Shown piece after piece: positions 61,193-64,000 of a stretch of 64,000 nucleotides of DNA. Positions within the stretch are counted from its first letter, which is position 1; each line of letters opens with the position of its first letter. The notes beneath the pieces are model-generated. The model made no database searches. It saw only the letters and a program-made list of their open reading frames with translations, and had not been told where the DNA came from. Source of the DNA: Pocillopora damicornis (lineage: Eukaryota). The stretch is taken from the NCBI RefSeq assembly GCF_003704095.1, contig NW_020844305.1, forward strand, positions 62,001 through 126,000, given 5' to 3'. The translations under genes and the position numbers were made by a program.

Positions 61193-64000
61193 CAGTCAAG
61201 TAAACAGACAATAATATAAAACTTGGCTGGAATTCCTGCACACAAGATGCTGATCTCCAATCAAGTTTTTAGAGAGGGCTTGGAACTACAAATTTTTCCC
61301 TTTGGGAACATACAGCCTACTTTGGCAGGAGCTTGTGAAGAGGTTGAGTTGAGAAGACAGCAGACATCTCTCAGCAAATGAAATTAACTCATAAATAATG
61401 ATTTCTAGACTAGAAGACAGTTAAAATTTTTTATTGTTGTGAAAAAAATTATATGGATTAAAATCTCAGGGTTGGTTTTCCTAGCTGAAATGTCCCTAGA
61501 GCAGCGAGGGATCTCACCACTTTCCTAATATCTCAGACTTGGTCAACAGAAGGATTGCTTATAATTTGGAAAAATCATGAGCATTTCAGTTTACATTCTT
61601 AAAAAGGATGAATAGGAAGCAGTGAAATCCTCAGTAATCTTAAGGTTTCAGACCCTTGGAACCCAACTGTGACAGAATGTTTTACACTTGGTAGCAGTTG
61701 GTCAACTTATAAATAGGGGCTGTGAGAAGTAATAGGCTGAGGGCATTGTTATTGACACATCAAAAATATTTTCATACACAGCATACTTAATTTTACTTGC
61801 CATGCAAGATTATTATACAGATGCAAATATGATAGAAATCCATTCCATCACAGTATCTACCAGATGAATTTTCCTCTTTAAAAACCTCAGCATGAATGCA
61901 AACCCTTTCACTCCTAAGATCCCAATATCTCTTTTCCTCACTGTCTGTCATACATTTCTTACAATTTTGGCTCTGAGAATTTGGTATCAAATTGTACATT
62001 ATCCACAAGTTGATGCATTTCTCTCTTCTCAACAACTTTGTTCAGGAAAATGTATTGATACTGTAAGGAGAAATTACTAATAGGTCACTCCAAGGGGCTT
62101 TGCTACTCTATTTTTTGTGTGTGAATCATTGAAAGCCACATCATGTAAAATCAGAGTTTCTGTTTAGAGGATGTTCATCACATCCACCTGTTCATCTTAT
62201 AAATCAATAAAGGAAAGAGAAGTAGAGTTGCTATCTAATGCTAATGTCGTTCAATGGCTCACCAATATTCTACTTTGTCTAGTGAATAGATTTTGAGCTT
62301 TTTAAATAAAATTAAACAAACATACAGGTATCATTCTTGACAATTAAAAAAAAATGTAGTGTTAAATATACAATTTTCTTCAGGGTGTCATTGGTTAAAT
62401 TTAGATATGTTTCTCCCCTGATAAGTGTGATAAAAGTACAGTCTTTACAAGCTCTCCATTCCCCTCCCCTGTTCCCTTGGATCCCAGGGTGTTGTCACAT
62501 TCTTGACAATGCAAAGCAAAAGGTCACTGCAAGTGCACCATGAAGAAATCCAGCAAACTCTCTGGTATAATCCATGAAGCCTCAAACTGAGCCCTAGTTT
62601 CATTTACACTGAATTAAATGTCAAAATGGAGCTATTTGCTGGCACCATTTGATGTGGAGGGGTTAGTCATTGCAAAGGTTCTTAGCTGAACTAGGAAATA
62701 CTGTGTAGACTCCAGAACCAAATGTTTGAGTTCAAAATATTTCAGTAGGCCTTAATTCACCAAGAGGATTGAAAGAGCAAGCTCAACTGAGGATAGTGGT
62801 ATCCTGTTCCCCCTTTAGTATGTGCTCCTTCCCTTACTGTCAAGAACATCAGTATCATGTTATAAAATTGGCCACCTGTCGGCAAAGTAGTAATTTGGAC
62901 ACTATGACCTGCATCACACTCTGACCCACTAAAGCTTAAAAAAGGCACATAACCCAACATGTCAAGGCACATGGAGGTTTGAAGTCGAGGTAAGTTATTG
63001 CACAGAAAAACAAAAATAAGAAACCCAATTAAATTAACTTCAAGTCAGCTAGTTAAGTCCAGTTCTTCAGAATTCCTTATGTGAAGCTAGTCCGTGAAGA
63101 AATGATCACACCATGTTCACATCCTCCAACTTCTGTTGTGGTTGTCCCTTTGAACAGTTCAACACTGCAGTATCACTTTTCTTTCAAAAGTCTGATTAGT
63201 TATCCAGGCAAGACTTGGTTCAAGGCTTCAGTGTCATTCAGAAACCGAAGAAATGATGGACTGATCATGAAACATCAACCTAAAATAGAACCACATACAA
63301 TAAAGGAATATAATTTTGTACAAGGTAAATAAATTCACTGAGTTAATCCTAAGCATGAGCTGAATGACATCCTAAGTCAGTTCTGAGTCCAAGTCAAATT
63401 TAAGTGTGTGTTAATCCCAGTAACTAAGTTCCAAGGCCAAGTCAAATTCAAGCGCAAGTTAAGGAAAACTCCAAGAAGATTTTCATCACTGACAGGCACT
63501 GAACCATAGACACTGGATATTCCAATTGATGTACTCTTTAAAGACATAGATTCTTAAGTGCCCCCATTAATAAGCACTTGATTGGTCTTTCTTGCAAGTA
63601 ATTTCACTACTTTTTGTTGCTTCCTGTTACCCCTGATTTGATGGAAAGGGAGGTTCCACAGTTACTAGCATGAGCTGCTTCACTCAATTTTCCTTTTGTT
63701 ACATTAATTTTTGTAACTAACTCTCCTTCAAGTGTTAGAAAGTGTTAGAATTGTCCATAATGGGTATCTCTGCATGTGTTTCATGGAGTGAAAACTTATC
63801 TCTCTAACAAGGTATCTGGCTACAAATTTTTTGTTAATTCAACTCATAGCTCTGGAGTGACCTAGTCTTAGGATTGACCTCATCAGCTGATACAACCTTT
63901 TCTAGAGCAATGTGTAATTTTCACCATTTTTACCCCCAAAAATTGCTCTATGCAAATGTTTTCCACCTACATCACTTATCCTCTTAGAGAGGTAAATAAG

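Noticed and set aside
62500-64000. Possible coding exon or short repeats (CCAAGTCAAATT twice) at the right end
   Set aside because: No long ORF or recognisable motif.

Overview
AT-rich, intron-rich animal genomic DNA with four N-gaps. A cnidarian such as a stony coral is my inference from gene content and repeat style, not something shown by the sequence. The ORF track misses most genes, so I reconstructed them by manual splicing. From left to right: cytoplasmic dynein light intermediate chain (-, runs off the left end); a tandem cluster of three conodipine-like (group IX-type) secreted phospholipase A2 loci (+), of which one is intact, one has a 1-nt frameshift just after the ATG, and one is a decayed pseudogene; FBXO31 (-, 5' end probably in a gap); SSNA1 (+); RBM18 (-); an uncharacterised Ser/Lys/Arg-rich protein with a conserved C-terminal domain (+); a two-exon orphan ORF (-); PDRG1 (+); TTLL9 (-); and a Rab22/31-like GTPase (+). 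Introns and intergenic DNA hold decayed L2/CR1-type LINEs, tRNA-derived SINEs and several MITE families. The most notable observations are: the PLA2 cluster has a cone-snail-like alpha-linker-beta precursor layout with a hypervariable, basic-residue-flanked linker; there are four minor-spliceosome (U12) introns; a minimal Penelope-type hammerhead ribozyme sits in a divergent promoter region; one LINE carries a 2A-like motif; and the convergent PDRG1-TTLL9 pair matches my recollection of the human arrangement.
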